A DNA stretch of 64,000 nucleotides from Acidobacteriota bacterium (GCA_050747825.1 JBOGJG010000277.1:9791-73790); one strand, 5' to 3'. Counted from the first letter of the stretch, positions 27,746 through 37,983 are shown. The notes: generated from the sequence alone by a model not told the origin. Numbers and translations: made by a program.

Positions 27746-29713
27746 TTGCGATTAAAACTCCCGCTGCTTTTTTCTTCCGCCCTGATTTTTCTGGTCATAG
27801 TCACCCTTGTCTTTCTCACGCGAAATCCATCGCGCTCGACTGATGTGGAGTGGCCAAACTATGGAGGGGACTCAGCCAATTCCAAGTATTCGCCTCTGGA
27901 TCAGATCCACCGGGACAACGCAAATCGCCTCCACATCGCCTGGCGATGGAGCTCTCCCGACAACGAAGTGTGGAAAGACAAGCCGGCACTTCGCCCCTTT
28001 GTATTCGAAGCCACGCCTTTAATGGTGGACGGCACACTTTACACCAGCACCTCTCTGAGCCAGGTGGCGGCGATCGATGCCGCAACGGGCGTTACTCGGT
28101 GGCTTTACGATCCAAGGAGCTATCAGTCAGATCATGCAGGCAATGTCGGTTTTGTAAACCGAGGTGTGGCTTACTGGAGTAATGGTGAGGAGCAGCGAAT
28201 CTTTCTGGGAACAGGAGACGGCCACCTCATTGCCCTGGACGCCCGCAGCGGAAAGCCGTATCCGCAGTTCGGCAAGAACGGCAGGATTGATTTGACGCTG
28301 GGACTGAGGCGTCCTATTGAGCGGCGCCACTACTCGGTCACCTCGCCTCCTATCGTCTGCCATGACGTCCTGATTGTGGGATCTTCCATCCCTGACCTGA
28401 TTCGAAGAAAAGAGACGCCGCCAGGTGACGTGCGCGGATTCGATGTCCGCACGGGTGAGTTGCTGTGGACATTCCACTCTGTCCCTCAAGCAGGTGAGTA
28501 CGGCAATGAGACCTGGAAAGAGGGCTCGTGGGAATATGCCGGCAACACCAACGTCTGGAGCGTCATGAGTGCGGACCAGGAACTGGGATACATTTACCTT
28601 CCCTTCAGCGCTCCTGCGAGCGATTACTACGGCGGCCCTCGCCCCGGAGACAACCTGTTCGCTAACAGCCTGGTCTGCCTCAACGCCAAAACAGGTGAGC
28701 GCGTGTGGCATTTTCAGACTGTCCATCACGACCTGTGGGACTATGACCTGGCCGCGGCCCCCAACCTGGTGAATATCACCGTTAGTGGCAAGGAAGTCAG
28801 AGCAGTGGCACAGGTGACCAAGCATGGATTCTGTTTTGTGTTCGATCGGATCACCGGCCGGCCGATCTGGCCTATCGAAGAACGGCCCGTTCCTCAGTCC
28901 AGACTCGAGGGGGAGGAAACTTCTCCCACTCAACCATTCCCCACCAGGCCGCCTCCTTTTGAACGGCAAGGATTGTCGGCCGCGGATTTGATCGACTTCG
29001 TTCCCGAACTACGCCAGGAGGCGCTGGACATCATTGAGCACTATGAGTACGGGCCGATGTTTACGCCGCCGGCTCTGAAGCCGACCGTCTACCTGCCAGG
29101 AAACGCCGGAGGCGCCAACTGGATGGGGGCCGCTTTCGACCCGTTGACAGGCACCCTGTACGTGCCGTCTATCAGCAGTCCGTATCTGATCGAGTTGGAA
29201 AAGCCGGACACCGCAGATTCTGAGCTCACTTACCAGCTCAAGGAAGAGACGCAACTACTGCTCAGCGGCTCCGCAGGACTGCCTCTCGTGAAGCCGCCTT
29301 ACTCGCGTGTTACCGCCATTGATCTCAATCGGGGGACGCACCTTTGGATGATTCCTTTCGGCGAAGGTCCTCGCCAGCATCCCCTATTAAAACATCTCGA
29401 GCTTCCGAAGCTCGGATCGGGAGCCCGCGCGTTTCTACTTCTGACCAGGACGTTGCTGTTTGCCGGTGAAGGAGCAAACAACGAGCGTCTGTTGGCCGGC
29501 ATCCGGGGAGAGCGGTATAGCGATTGTTGCAATAACCAGCCGAAATTCAGGGCCTTCGATAAAGCGACAGGCGAATTGATCTGGGAGATGGAGATACCCG
29601 GCCATGCCTCAGGTTCTCCCATGACTTACAGCGTGAATGGGAAGCAGTACATTGTGGTCGCTATCGGAGGACTTGAGGAACCGGCCGAGCTGCTGGCGCT
29701 GGCGTTGGATTAG
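27746..29713 (+). CDS. PQQ-dependent dehydrogenase (quinoprotein glucose/sugar dehydrogenase family), membrane-anchored
   Basis: 655 aa, one N-terminal TM, and PQQ beta-propeller W-motif repeats including HDLWDYDLAAAPNL, which resembles the membrane GDH active-site region. Confidence 0.75.
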   Translation: MRLKLPLLFSSALIFLVIVTLVFLTRNPSRSTDVEWPNYGGDSANSKYSPLDQIHRDNANRLHIAWRWSSPDNEVWKDKPALRPFVFEATPLMVDGTLYTSTSLSQVAAIDAATGVTRWLYDPRSYQSDHAGNVGFVNRGVAYWSNGEEQRIFLGTGDGHLIALDARSGKPYPQFGKNGRIDLTLGLRRPIERRHYSVTSPPIVCHDVLIVGSSIPDLIRRKETPPGDVRGFDVRTGELLWTFHSVPQAGEYGNETWKEGSWEYAGNTNVWSVMSADQELGYIYLPFSAPASDYYGGPRPGDNLFANSLVCLNAKTGERVWHFQTVHHDLWDYDLAAAPNLVNITVSGKEVRAVAQVTKHGFCFVFDRITGRPIWPIEERPVPQSRLEGEETSPTQPFPTRPPPFERQGLSAADLIDFVPELRQEALDIIEHYEYGPMFTPPALKPTVYLPGNAGGANWMGAAFDPLTGTLYVPSISSPYLIELEKPDTADSELTYQLKEETQLLLSGSAGLPLVKPPYSRVTAIDLNRGTHLWMIPFGEGPRQHPLLKHLELPKLGSGARAFLLLTRTLLFAGEGANNERLLAGIRGERYSDCCNNQPKFRAFDKATGELIWEMEIPGHASGSPMTYSVNGKQYIVVAIGGLEEPAELLALALD

Positions 29714-29721
29714 ACCTGCCC

Positions 29722-30717
29722 CTACGCCTTGTAAAACTCGATGCCCCCGTGGACAGCAAGATCGGCTACTTTGGAGACGAGCGACTGGCGCTGTTGATCA
29801 TCCATTTTCATAAAGGATCTGGCCAGGCCGATCTTCTCCCTCAAATGAGCGGGGCGGTCCGGGCCTGTGATGATGGCACTGACGGGTAAAGACCAGACAA
29901 AGTGGATCGCCTCAGCCATGCTGACACGATTGGGCACGAGATGCGGTTTGTCTCCATGCTCTCCCTGGCGTGATCCCCCGAAAAAACCGCCGTTGGCCAG
30001 TGACTTCATGCCCAGGATGGCGATCTTGCGTTCGACCAGGCGGGGCATGACCTGTTTGATGAAGCTGTTATAGCTGGGATCGGCCAGGTTAACCGGCATT
30101 TGACAGGTCTGAAAGGAATCGCCTGCCAGTTCCAACATGCGCAGGTGGGCATCCGGAATACGATGGCCGGTAAAGCCGATGTGGCGGACCTTTCCCGAAG
30201 CCTGGGCCTCACGGAAAACATCCAGAACACCGCTCCGCAGCCGGGACTCCGCATCCTCGGGTGTCTCGAGGCTGTGCATCTGCCAGAGATCCAGGTAATC
30301 GGTTTTGAGCCGGCGCAGCGTGGCCTCCAGGTGCTCTCGAGCGGTTCGTGCATCCTGCGCCAGAGACTTCGTCATTAGAAAGACCACGTCCCGGTATTTG
30401 GGGACCAGCAGTCGTCCCAGACGCTCTTCGCTTCCGCCGTTCTGATACGACTCAGCGCAATCAAAGAAGCGGATACCTCCTCCTATGGCCGCCTCAACCG
30501 TGTCCTCGGCCTCTCGCTCGCTCATACGTCCTAAATGCCATCCGCCCACTCCGAGCATCGTCACCGCATCACCGCTATCTCCCAACTTGCGCCTCGGGAG
30601 CAAAGCGCCAAAGCGGTCGGAGGAAGGATCGGCTTCTCGATTTCCAGAGCAGCCGGATAATTGTAGTCCGGCCGTGATTGCCGCCAGTGACTTCAGAAAA
30701 ATTCGCCTGTCGATCAT
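29722..30717 (-). CDS. Aldo/keto reductase with Tat signal and lipobox-like Cys
   Basis: MIDRRIFLKSLAAITAGLQLSGC leader, then AKR-superfamily blocks (GGIRFFDCAESY...). Start set at MIDRR rather than the track's extended ORF. Confidence 0.75.
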   Translation of the reverse strand: MIDRRIFLKSLAAITAGLQLSGCSGNREADPSSDRFGALLPRRKLGDSGDAVTMLGVGGWHLGRMSEREAEDTVEAAIGGGIRFFDCAESYQNGGSEERLGRLLVPKYRDVVFLMTKSLAQDARTAREHLEATLRRLKTDYLDLWQMHSLETPEDAESRLRSGVLDVFREAQASGKVRHIGFTGHRIPDAHLRMLELAGDSFQTCQMPVNLADPSYNSFIKQVMPRLVERKIAILGMKSLANGGFFGGSRQGEHGDKPHLVPNRVSMAEAIHFVWSLPVSAIITGPDRPAHLREKIGLARSFMKMDDQQRQSLVSKVADLAVHGGIEFYKA

Positions 30718-30830
30718 GCTATTGTGATTTTTAGCACACTCCAGGTTGTCTAACAACTGAAGCACTAGCCGAGACTGGCTGGGGTTTGACCAGAGGATTT
30801 TTTTTGGTAGGCTTCCCTGCAAGGTTTACG

Positions 30831-31319
30831 ATGCAGAGCACCCACTATCAGGGAAAGACCCTGGCTGAATGGACGCGGGATCTGATGCTTCCCAAGGCCA
30901 CGCGACGCCTTATGGCAGCTAAGGTGCTGGCGGAGATTGGAGCGGAGGCCACCGGGACTTTAATCACCGCTTTGCAGCACAAAGATCCCGCCGTACGCTA
31001 CTGGGCGGCCACAGGATTAAGAAAGGCCGGATCCTTGCCTGAGGAAGGCACTACTGCTCTGGCGGCTCTGCTGAACGACCCCTCGGGCAGCGTTCGCATC
31101 CGGGCAGCGGAAGCCTTGTTCAGGCTGGGCCTACAGACTCAGGCACTTTCAAAGCTTGCGGCAGCTTTGAAGGACAGTAATCCACGCGTGCGCCTGTACG
31201 CTGTCGAGACCCTAAGCCGTCTTGCCCCCGGCTCTCCAGAGGCCTTCGCGCTCATCCAAAGCGCCTCCCAAGATGAAGATAATTACGTCGCGCGAGCCGT
31301 TGAGAACGCCCTGCATTAA
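30831..31319 (+). CDS. HEAT-repeat protein
   Basis: Repeated ...DPAVRYWAATGL.../...DPSGSVRIRAAEAL.../...DSNPRVRLYAVETL... HEAT/PBS-lyase-type repeats. Confidence 0.55.
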   Translation: MQSTHYQGKTLAEWTRDLMLPKATRRLMAAKVLAEIGAEATGTLITALQHKDPAVRYWAATGLRKAGSLPEEGTTALAALLNDPSGSVRIRAAEALFRLGLQTQALSKLAAALKDSNPRVRLYAVETLSRLAPGSPEAFALIQSASQDEDNYVARAVENALH

Positions 31320-31370
31320 CAATCACTATAGATTTCGAGAGAATAGTAGCAGAGGTCTTTAAAGCAATAG

Positions 31371-32570
31371 ATGGAAATCAATCAACCTCACCGTGAGGGT
31401 CTTCAGGCCCGAATCGATGCACTTGGGGCCGCCCGCAAAGCGTTAAGAGCAAAATCACCGGAAGCAGCGGATTCAATTCGAAGGCTTGCCAGGTCCGTCC
31501 GTGTTTCCGGACAATTAGAAAACTGTCCTGGAGTCATTGATGCCGCCCGCGCCCTTGAGGAGAGCGACGACGAACACCTTTCGGCTCTGCTGGAACAGTT
31601 GCTGACCAGCCTGAAGGCGGCAGTCGTGGTGATTCCTCTCGAGAGTACAAAGGTCCTGGTGGTCGAGGATGATCCCGTAACTGCCAGGGTACTGGAAAGT
31701 GTGCTCTCTTCTCCCGGCCGCGAGATTCTTTTTGCAGAAACCGCGGCTGTGGCCGAGCGGATTCTGGAAGAAAATGAAATCTCGCTGCTCATCCTGGATC
31801 TGATGCTGCCGGACGCAGATGGACGAACGGTTCTTCTTCATCTGAGCGAATACTACGGCAGCGCCGGGGTACCGGTGTTCATTCTCTCTTCACGCGGGGG
31901 AGTCGAGGATAAGACCGAATGCTTCGCCTTGGGAGCCGACGAGTATTTTGAGAAGCCATTTAATCCGGAGGTCATCTCGGCAGCAGTTGCCGCCAAGCTC
32001 CAACGCTCCGCTGAAATCTCACGCCGAGCCCGCCAGGACCTCCTCACCGCTCTTCCCAATCGCGTGGCTTTACAGGAGACCTTTGACCGCGAGCAGTCGC
32101 TGCGCACCCGGGTGCTCAGGCCCCTTTCCCTGGCCATGCTGGACTTCGATCACTTTAAGGAGATTAACGATACTTATGGTCACAGCACCGGAGACGCCGT
32201 GCTGCGCCAGGGCGCTTCTCTGATTTCCCAAACGTTTCGGGGCTCGGATGTCCTGGGACGCTGGGGAGGCGAGGAGTTTGTGGTGTTGTTTCCCAACACC
32301 AACCTCGACGGGGCGATGAGCGCCGTCGAGAAGGCCCTTTCTGTTTTTCGCCGCAAAGCTTTTGAAGTCAATGGCCGGGAGTCGGTTCATCTCAGCTTTT
32401 CAGCAGGCGTCGTCGAGGTCAGCGAAGGAGCATCCATCGACGGGGCCGTGGAAAAGGCCGATCAGCTCCTTTATCTGGCCAAAGCGGCGGGCGGGAACTG
32501 CGTGTTGCCTGAAGCCTCAACGGAAGAGCCGGAAGTCCAGCATACCGTGGGATCTCGTGATCAGGCTTGA
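31371..32570 (+). CDS. Response-regulator receiver / GGDEF diguanylate cyclase (PleD-like)
   Basis: REC domain (KVLVVEDD...LILDLMLPDADG) followed by GGDEF with an intact GGEEF active site (RWGGEEFVVLF) and an RxxD-type I-site context. An extra roughly 90-aa N-terminal segment is present. Confidence 0.8.
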   Translation: MEINQPHREGLQARIDALGAARKALRAKSPEAADSIRRLARSVRVSGQLENCPGVIDAARALEESDDEHLSALLEQLLTSLKAAVVVIPLESTKVLVVEDDPVTARVLESVLSSPGREILFAETAAVAERILEENEISLLILDLMLPDADGRTVLLHLSEYYGSAGVPVFILSSRGGVEDKTECFALGADEYFEKPFNPEVISAAVAAKLQRSAEISRRARQDLLTALPNRVALQETFDREQSLRTRVLRPLSLAMLDFDHFKEINDTYGHSTGDAVLRQGASLISQTFRGSDVLGRWGGEEFVVLFPNTNLDGAMSAVEKALSVFRRKAFEVNGRESVHLSFSAGVVEVSEGASIDGAVEKADQLLYLAKAAGGNCVLPEASTEEPEVQHTVGSRDQA

Positions 32571-33479
32571 GGCCCGAACCTGCTTTGCCAGGGCGGCCGC
32601 GGCCAACAGAACCACTGAAATCCAGAGCAGGTCCGCCAGCAGTAGGTGCAGCAGTTGAATCCAGACGGGGGCCAGCAGCGCGATGTTGATCGATCCTACG
32701 ATAATCTGAATTACTACCAATAGTGCCACCAGATGTGAAAATATCCGCGTTTCCGGGCGGCGCCGGAGCGTGTACACGAACCAGGCAGCAAAGAGCAGGT
32801 AGCCGCCAATAATTATTGCCAGCGTCGGGTGGATGACCCGCAGCCGAATCAAAAAATGAGCTGTCGGAGAGAAGTCCTGCTGAACCCCCTCAGCCAGCGA
32901 ACGGGCGGGAAACAGCGTATCCCCCAGAGCGCTAACGGCTCCTGTAGCACCCAGGGCCAGCAGAGCAACAAAGGCGAGACCCAGTATCCACGAGATTAAT
33001 CCCTGGCGACGCAAGCTAAGCCCCGATTTTCCGGAAGCCCACCAGGCGGTCAGGGTGAGCGCAGCCAGCAGCAAGAACGTATTGACCAGATGAGCCGCGA
33101 TGGAAACGGCCCGAGCTATGGAGGCATTCTGAGCCACCAACTCAAAGAGGACCAGCCCAGCCCCAATGAGAGCCTCGATAAAGATGAGAACCACAGAGAA
33201 GACGGCCCCGGTTCTCACCGGAGATCCCCTGGGAAAGAGACGAAAAGCCGACAAAAGCCCGAGGACCAGTAGAAGGGCCAGGCCGCTCGTCGCGCGGTGA
33301 GTAAACTCGATGAACGTAGCCAGCTCCGCAGCCCGGGGGATTACTTCCCCGTTGCAAAGCGGCCAATGGCTCCCACAGCCGGCCCCGGACCCGGTAGCCC
33401 GCACATAGGCTCCCCATAGAATGACCAGCAGAGTAAACGCCAGTACCAGCCATGCATAGGCAGCAAACCACTTCCGCAT
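32517..33479 (-). CDS. ctaA: Heme A synthase (CtaA/COX15 family)
   Basis: 320 aa polytopic membrane protein with the N-terminal Cys loop GSGAGCGSHWPLC and conserved His in the TM helices. Confidence 0.75.
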   Translation of the reverse strand: MRKWFAAYAWLVLAFTLLVILWGAYVRATGSGAGCGSHWPLCNGEVIPRAAELATFIEFTHRATSGLALLLVLGLLSAFRLFPRGSPVRTGAVFSVVLIFIEALIGAGLVLFELVAQNASIARAVSIAAHLVNTFLLLAALTLTAWWASGKSGLSLRRQGLISWILGLAFVALLALGATGAVSALGDTLFPARSLAEGVQQDFSPTAHFLIRLRVIHPTLAIIIGGYLLFAAWFVYTLRRRPETRIFSHLVALLVVIQIIVGSINIALLAPVWIQLLHLLLADLLWISVVLLAAAALAKQVRASSLITRSHGMLDFRLFR

Positions 33480-33524
33480 AATCGCGGACTAGTATAATGG
33501 TTCTTTGGTTTCTTGGTTTAACCC

Positions 33525-34454
33525 ATGCATTACGACGCAATTCTGATCGTTTCATTTGGCGGACCCGAGGGGATGGATGACATCATGCCCTTTCTCGAGA
33601 ACGTCACTCGAGAAAGGAGGGTGCCGCGTGAGCGATTGCTGGAGGTGGCGCATCATTATGAGTTGTTTGGTGGCGTCAGCCCGATTAACGAGCAGAATCG
33701 TGCCCTGATACGGGCGCTGCGGGCTGAACTGGATGAACACGGCCCGCAGTTGCCTATTTACTGGGGCAACCGTAACTGGCACCCTTTTCTCTCTGACACG
33801 CTGCGACGGATGGTGAGTGATGGAATTGAAAGCGCGCTGGCATTCGTCACTTCAGCCTACAGCTCCTACTCCAGTTGCCGGCAGTACCTTGAGGATATAA
33901 AACGGGCCCAGGCAGAAGCCGGCCCAGGAGCGCCTCGCGTGGAAAAGCTCCGCGCCTTCTACAATCATCCCGGCTTTATACAACCTAATATAGAGAATGT
34001 CGCGAAGGCTCTGGAACACATTCCGGAACAAAGACGCTCCGATGCCTGGATTGCTTTTACCGCCCACAGTATCCCGCAGACCATGGCCGCCACTTCTGAC
34101 TACGAAGCCCAGCTTCAGGAGACGAGCCGTCTGATTGCCGATTCTCTGGGGCAGGGCAATTACCGCCTCGTCTATCAGAGCCGCAGCGGGCCGCCTGCGC
34201 AACCCTGGCTTGAACCCGACATCGGCGATTACCTCCGGGAGCTCAAGAGCCAGGGCGTCGAGGACGCAGTCGTTGCCCCGATCGGTTTTGTCTCGGACCA
34301 CATGGAAGTCCTTTACGATCTGGACACCGAGGCTCGCCAGCTGTGCAGCAAAATCGGACTGAACATGATCCGAGCCGCAACGGTCGGGACCCATCCAGCC
34401 TTCATTGCCATGATTAGAGAATTGATTGAAGAACGAAGAGGGGTCAGATCTTGA
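33525..34454 (+). CDS. hemH: Ferrochelatase
   Basis: 309 aa colinear with ferrochelatase, including ...HSIP... and the C-terminal conserved block. Confidence 0.85.
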   Translation: MHYDAILIVSFGGPEGMDDIMPFLENVTRERRVPRERLLEVAHHYELFGGVSPINEQNRALIRALRAELDEHGPQLPIYWGNRNWHPFLSDTLRRMVSDGIESALAFVTSAYSSYSSCRQYLEDIKRAQAEAGPGAPRVEKLRAFYNHPGFIQPNIENVAKALEHIPEQRRSDAWIAFTAHSIPQTMAATSDYEAQLQETSRLIADSLGQGNYRLVYQSRSGPPAQPWLEPDIGDYLRELKSQGVEDAVVAPIGFVSDHMEVLYDLDTEARQLCSKIGLNMIRAATVGTHPAFIAMIRELIEERRGVRS

Positions 34455-34457
34455 CCC

Positions 34458-35354
34458 CTACAATTCAACGACTCTACGCACGATCTCACCCTCTTGGCGA
34501 GTCAGAACCGTTATGCTGCCAACTCCGTTTTGCAACAGGTAGCTCCGCGCCTCTTCTATTCCGGCACCCACGTCGGCAGGACGATGGCTGTCGTCGCCGA
34601 AACAAAAGCCGATACCCATGCGATCGGCCATGTGCACCAATTCCGGCACGGGATAGGGACAGCCCAAACCCTTGCGAATACCGGCTGTGTTTAAGTCCAG
34701 GATACACTGGTGAGCGCGCACCGCTTCCAGGGTGCGCTCAGCCGCTCGATAAATGGCGGGCGTATCCAGTGGGCCGTAGCTCCGGCCGTTTTTGCGAATT
34801 AAATCAAGATGGCCGACTACCTCCGGTCTCAGGTCGTCTACCATGCGCCCGACTGCTTCATAGTATTCAGCGGCCAGCGCTTCCAATCCGCCCTGCGACT
34901 CCATGGCCAGCTCGAACTCTTGCGCGGAACCGTCCAGCATAAAATCACCGACGTAGTGAACCGAGCCCACCATGTATTCGAAATGAAACTGCTGGCGGTA
35001 TCCAAGCATGATTTGCTTGTATCGATCAGAAGGCACCACTTCGGCTTCAAAGCCGCGTAGAATCTGAATCCGATCCTCGAATTCCTCGACCAGGACCTGC
35101 AACTCGGAGGGGTAAGCCTGAAAATTCGATTCCAGGAGGGCCACATCCCACCCCTTCTCCAGTTCGCTCGAGTGTAAAAAACGAGATTCGAGGCGCGGTG
35201 CGTGCTCGCTCACGCCAAAGGTGTGGTATCCCGCGGCAATCGCGGCTTCCAGGATTTCGCGTAGAGTACCGACCGCATGCTCGCAAAACTGGCCGCTGTG
35301 GCCTCCGTGCAGCGATACTTTCCAGGCGGGGGTGCGGGTAGCACTATTCCTCAC
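34458..35354 (-). CDS. PHP-domain phosphatase, HisJ-family (histidinol-phosphatase-like)
   Basis: PHP metal-ligand motifs HGGHSGQFCEH, ...VSEH..., ...GHLD..., ...FGDDSH. Confidence 0.65.
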   Translation of the reverse strand: MRNSATRTPAWKVSLHGGHSGQFCEHAVGTLREILEAAIAAGYHTFGVSEHAPRLESRFLHSSELEKGWDVALLESNFQAYPSELQVLVEEFEDRIQILRGFEAEVVPSDRYKQIMLGYRQQFHFEYMVGSVHYVGDFMLDGSAQEFELAMESQGGLEALAAEYYEAVGRMVDDLRPEVVGHLDLIRKNGRSYGPLDTPAIYRAAERTLEAVRAHQCILDLNTAGIRKGLGCPYPVPELVHMADRMGIGFCFGDDSHRPADVGAGIEEARSYLLQNGVGSITVLTRQEGEIVRRVVEL

Positions 35355-35591
35355 CCACAGGCTCTACTTCCTGGGGCCGAAAATAGAACGGCTGGCAGAA
35401 AGGGGCTGCAATCGGTTCACATCGAATAAAATCGCATGAGCCGGGTCTCTCCCCAATCAGTGAGACCACCCTGAAAAGTTCGCCTTTGGCGAAGCTGGCG
35501 CCATTGATCGTTGATTTGACTACTTTTCCAAGCGCGATATTAGCCACTCCCATTCTTTTTTTTGCCTTTCCTGCTTTGAAATAAGGCCATT

Positions 35592-36080
35592 TTAAAGTAA
35601 GCGGATGACATCTCCGCGCCGGATTCTTCCGCCTTTCAGAACCCGGGCATACCATCCACGCCGATCTTTTAAAACTTTCACAAATTCTGGGCCTATTTGC
35701 ACACCGATGTAGGGCAGCACATGCAGGATTCGGCAGGGCAAGCAGGCCTTTGAGATCTGGATGAGGACTTCAGGACCAAGCTGATAGCGGTGGCCGATCT
35801 TAAAGTCAGCGTAGTCGATGCCTGAAGTCGTAACATTTTCGCCCAGGTCTCCGGGTTGGATGGGCCACCCCTGGCGGTTCAACTCCCGGATCATCTCCAG
35901 GGGCATCAGGAGGATCGCCTGATCCATGTAATCGTCAGGACGCATCTCTTCTCTCCAGCGGTTGAAATCCGATATCAGACCCTTTTCGGTAACTTGGGCG
36001 CTTTCAACTGGATACTTGGGCAGTCCGCGTTCACCCGAGGTTTCGGGCTTCAAATTGATTTGGTAAAGGGTGCTCGCCAT
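35592..36080 (-). CDS. MOSC-domain protein
   Basis: GENVTTSGIDYADFKIGHRY...CLPC...GWYARVLKGGRIRRGDVI is the MOSC beta-barrel with its conserved Cys. Confidence 0.7.
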   Translation of the reverse strand: MASTLYQINLKPETSGERGLPKYPVESAQVTEKGLISDFNRWREEMRPDDYMDQAILLMPLEMIRELNRQGWPIQPGDLGENVTTSGIDYADFKIGHRYQLGPEVLIQISKACLPCRILHVLPYIGVQIGPEFVKVLKDRRGWYARVLKGGRIRRGDVIRLL

Positions 36081-36081
36081 G

Positions 36082-36930
36082 TCAGCGATCGGAGAGAATA
36101 TGCATCAGCGAAAATGGATCGACTCTGGCGCCGGGCAGGCGGACGGTCCAGTGCAGGTGAGGCCCGGTGACGCGTCCAGTGGCGCCAACATAGCCAACCA
36201 CGTCGCCCTGGTTTACCCTCTGGCCTTCCTTGACATTGAAGCCGGACAGATGCGCGAAATAGGAATAAAGCCCCAGCCCGTGATCGAGGATCACGCAGTT
36301 TCCCGAGAAGTACAGATCGTCGGCCAGGACCACTCGCCCTGAGTTGGGTGCGCGGATGGGAGTTCCTTCACCGGCGCGAAAATCAGTTCCGCTGTGGGGA
36401 CTGCGGGGCTTGCCGTTGAGAATACTTCGCTTCCCAAAGCTGCTGGTGGACTCGCCATCGACAGGAAGGCCAAAAGGTCCCGCCCAAAGCCTCGCTTCAG
36501 TGACGGTGGCGAAGATCCTGCGGTTGCGGGCGGCTTCTCTCTCGATCCTATCCAGGACCTCCTGGGGAGGACTGACGAACTTCTCATGGACGGTAAGGCG
36601 CCGCGTTGGAAATTCCTTGCTGCTGACCGTGAAGGCGTAAGGGAGCACAACGGACCGCCCATCCTCAGCCGTCCCTTCCAGCCTTAGCTCGTATTCTCCC
36701 GGAGCAGCATCCAGATCGATGCCGACCAACCCCTGCCATTTGCCCTCTACGAGATAAAACGGAATTGTCTTACCAAAAACCGTACCCTGCAGGCTTTTCA
36801 GCGACTGAATCGAGGTGCAGGTAACGAGCACGGCTTCCCCCGGCTGCAGAGAACGAGCTCGGAGCGACACCTGGAGGTCGTCCGAAGGAGCCGCAAAGAG
36901 AGCAATAATTAAAACAAACCAGGAATACAT
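36082..36930 (-). CDS. M23-family metallopeptidase
   Basis: HxxxD ...PHSGTDF... and C-terminal HLHW (HxH) zinc ligands. Signal peptide present. Confidence 0.75.
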   Translation of the reverse strand: MYSWFVLIIALFAAPSDDLQVSLRARSLQPGEAVLVTCTSIQSLKSLQGTVFGKTIPFYLVEGKWQGLVGIDLDAAPGEYELRLEGTAEDGRSVVLPYAFTVSSKEFPTRRLTVHEKFVSPPQEVLDRIEREAARNRRIFATVTEARLWAGPFGLPVDGESTSSFGKRSILNGKPRSPHSGTDFRAGEGTPIRAPNSGRVVLADDLYFSGNCVILDHGLGLYSYFAHLSGFNVKEGQRVNQGDVVGYVGATGRVTGPHLHWTVRLPGARVDPFSLMHILSDR

Positions 36931-36954
36931 GCTGTCAGTTTGTCAGGCGCCGGC

Positions 36955-37554
36955 TCAGACTTCCACCGGCTTGACCGTTTGAAGAAAGGATCGAAAACTT
37001 TCCTCCCAGCGGCCTACGGTTGCCTCGGGTCCGGTCAGACGAAAGAACCAGGGGCCGGCTTGCGTTTCAACAATGGCCGCAATCATTCGATAATTGGGTC
37101 TGGGCTCGCCCGTAGACATCATCCCCATGGCGGGCCGATAGGTTCCGCTGATGTCGAGAATGGTCAGCGGTAGACCGTTGACTTCGCTCTTGCTCACTTC
37201 CCCCTTGGTCTCAGTTGGAGCTCCATCGGTCGTAAACTGGCCCGTCCAGCGGTCCAGGTTAGCCTGGATCGTTCCTCCTCCTCCTCCCTGGAAGAAGAAG
37301 ACGGCCACCTCGGCATCTTCGACGCCTGGCTCACCACTAGCCAACTGGTATTGGGCCCGGCGCATGGGTCCGGGATTCTGCTCACTCCATTCTTCCGGAG
37401 GGGCGAAGGTCAGGCTGGCCTCAGGCGATCCTGCTTCAGGTTCCAATACGCCTTCACGTGTTGCCGGGTCCGTACCCGCGTCGGTGCCGCAGTGGACCAA
37501 GCTAAGCAGTAGAAGAGCGCTCAAAAATAAAGCCTTGTAGTAATTGCGGTTCAT
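36955..37554 (-). CDS. Secreted/lipoprotein-like hypothetical protein
   Basis: Signal peptide ending ...LSLVHCGTD. Pro/Glu/Gly-rich linker after it. No known domain. Confidence 0.45.
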   Translation of the reverse strand: MNRNYYKALFLSALLLLSLVHCGTDAGTDPATREGVLEPEAGSPEASLTFAPPEEWSEQNPGPMRRAQYQLASGEPGVEDAEVAVFFFQGGGGGTIQANLDRWTGQFTTDGAPTETKGEVSKSEVNGLPLTILDISGTYRPAMGMMSTGEPRPNYRMIAAIVETQAGPWFFRLTGPEATVGRWEESFRSFLQTVKPVEV

Positions 37555-37565
37555 ATCAGGTGGTC

Positions 37566-37949
37566 CTAATCCAGCAGGGGAGTGCGGCCCGCAAATCCTG
37601 CATCAGTTTCATGCCAGAAATGAATATCGTCTTCTCCGTACTTCCAGCACAGGTATACCTCCCGGCCTCCTCGCAAGTGAGGAAAATCAATGAGTCCATC
37701 TTCGACGCTTTTAACCAGGCAGCCCGCTTCCTGAATCTTCCCCAGACACTGCTGAAGGGCCATCAGGAGTCGAACGTAAGTCGTTCCGCCGGGACTCCCG
37801 GCGTTGCTCTGAGCCGACTGCGCCAGTTTTTCTACCAGTCCCCGGTAGCTCTCCAGTTGCTCGGATAGCGCCATAGCCTGGCCTACAAGCTCGCGGACGA
37901 CAGGCAGGGCTTGCCGGGCTTCATCAATTGTGAAAAATCGCTTCTCCAT
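37566..37949 (-). CDS. DUF2203-family protein
   Basis: FTIDEARQALPVVRELV...DFP...GREVYLCWKYGEDDIHFWH matches the DUF2203 pattern as I recall it. Confidence 0.5.
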   Translation of the reverse strand: MEKRFFTIDEARQALPVVRELVGQAMALSEQLESYRGLVEKLAQSAQSNAGSPGGTTYVRLLMALQQCLGKIQEAGCLVKSVEDGLIDFPHLRGGREVYLCWKYGEDDIHFWHETDAGFAGRTPLLD

Positions 37950-37983
37950 TGGCGCGGATTATACCAGCCGGCATGGACCTCGA

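Noticed and set aside
30740-30780. CIRCE-like TTAGCACAC...AGCACTAG element upstream of the HEAT-repeat gene
   Set aside because: Only the left half-site resembles CIRCE. There is no 9-nt-spaced inverted partner.
35344-35655. 103-aa minus-strand ORF between the MOSC and HisJ-like genes
   Set aside because: Overlaps the MOSC gene by 64 nt in another frame, with no motif and no RBS. It is possibly a real small protein, but I cannot support it.
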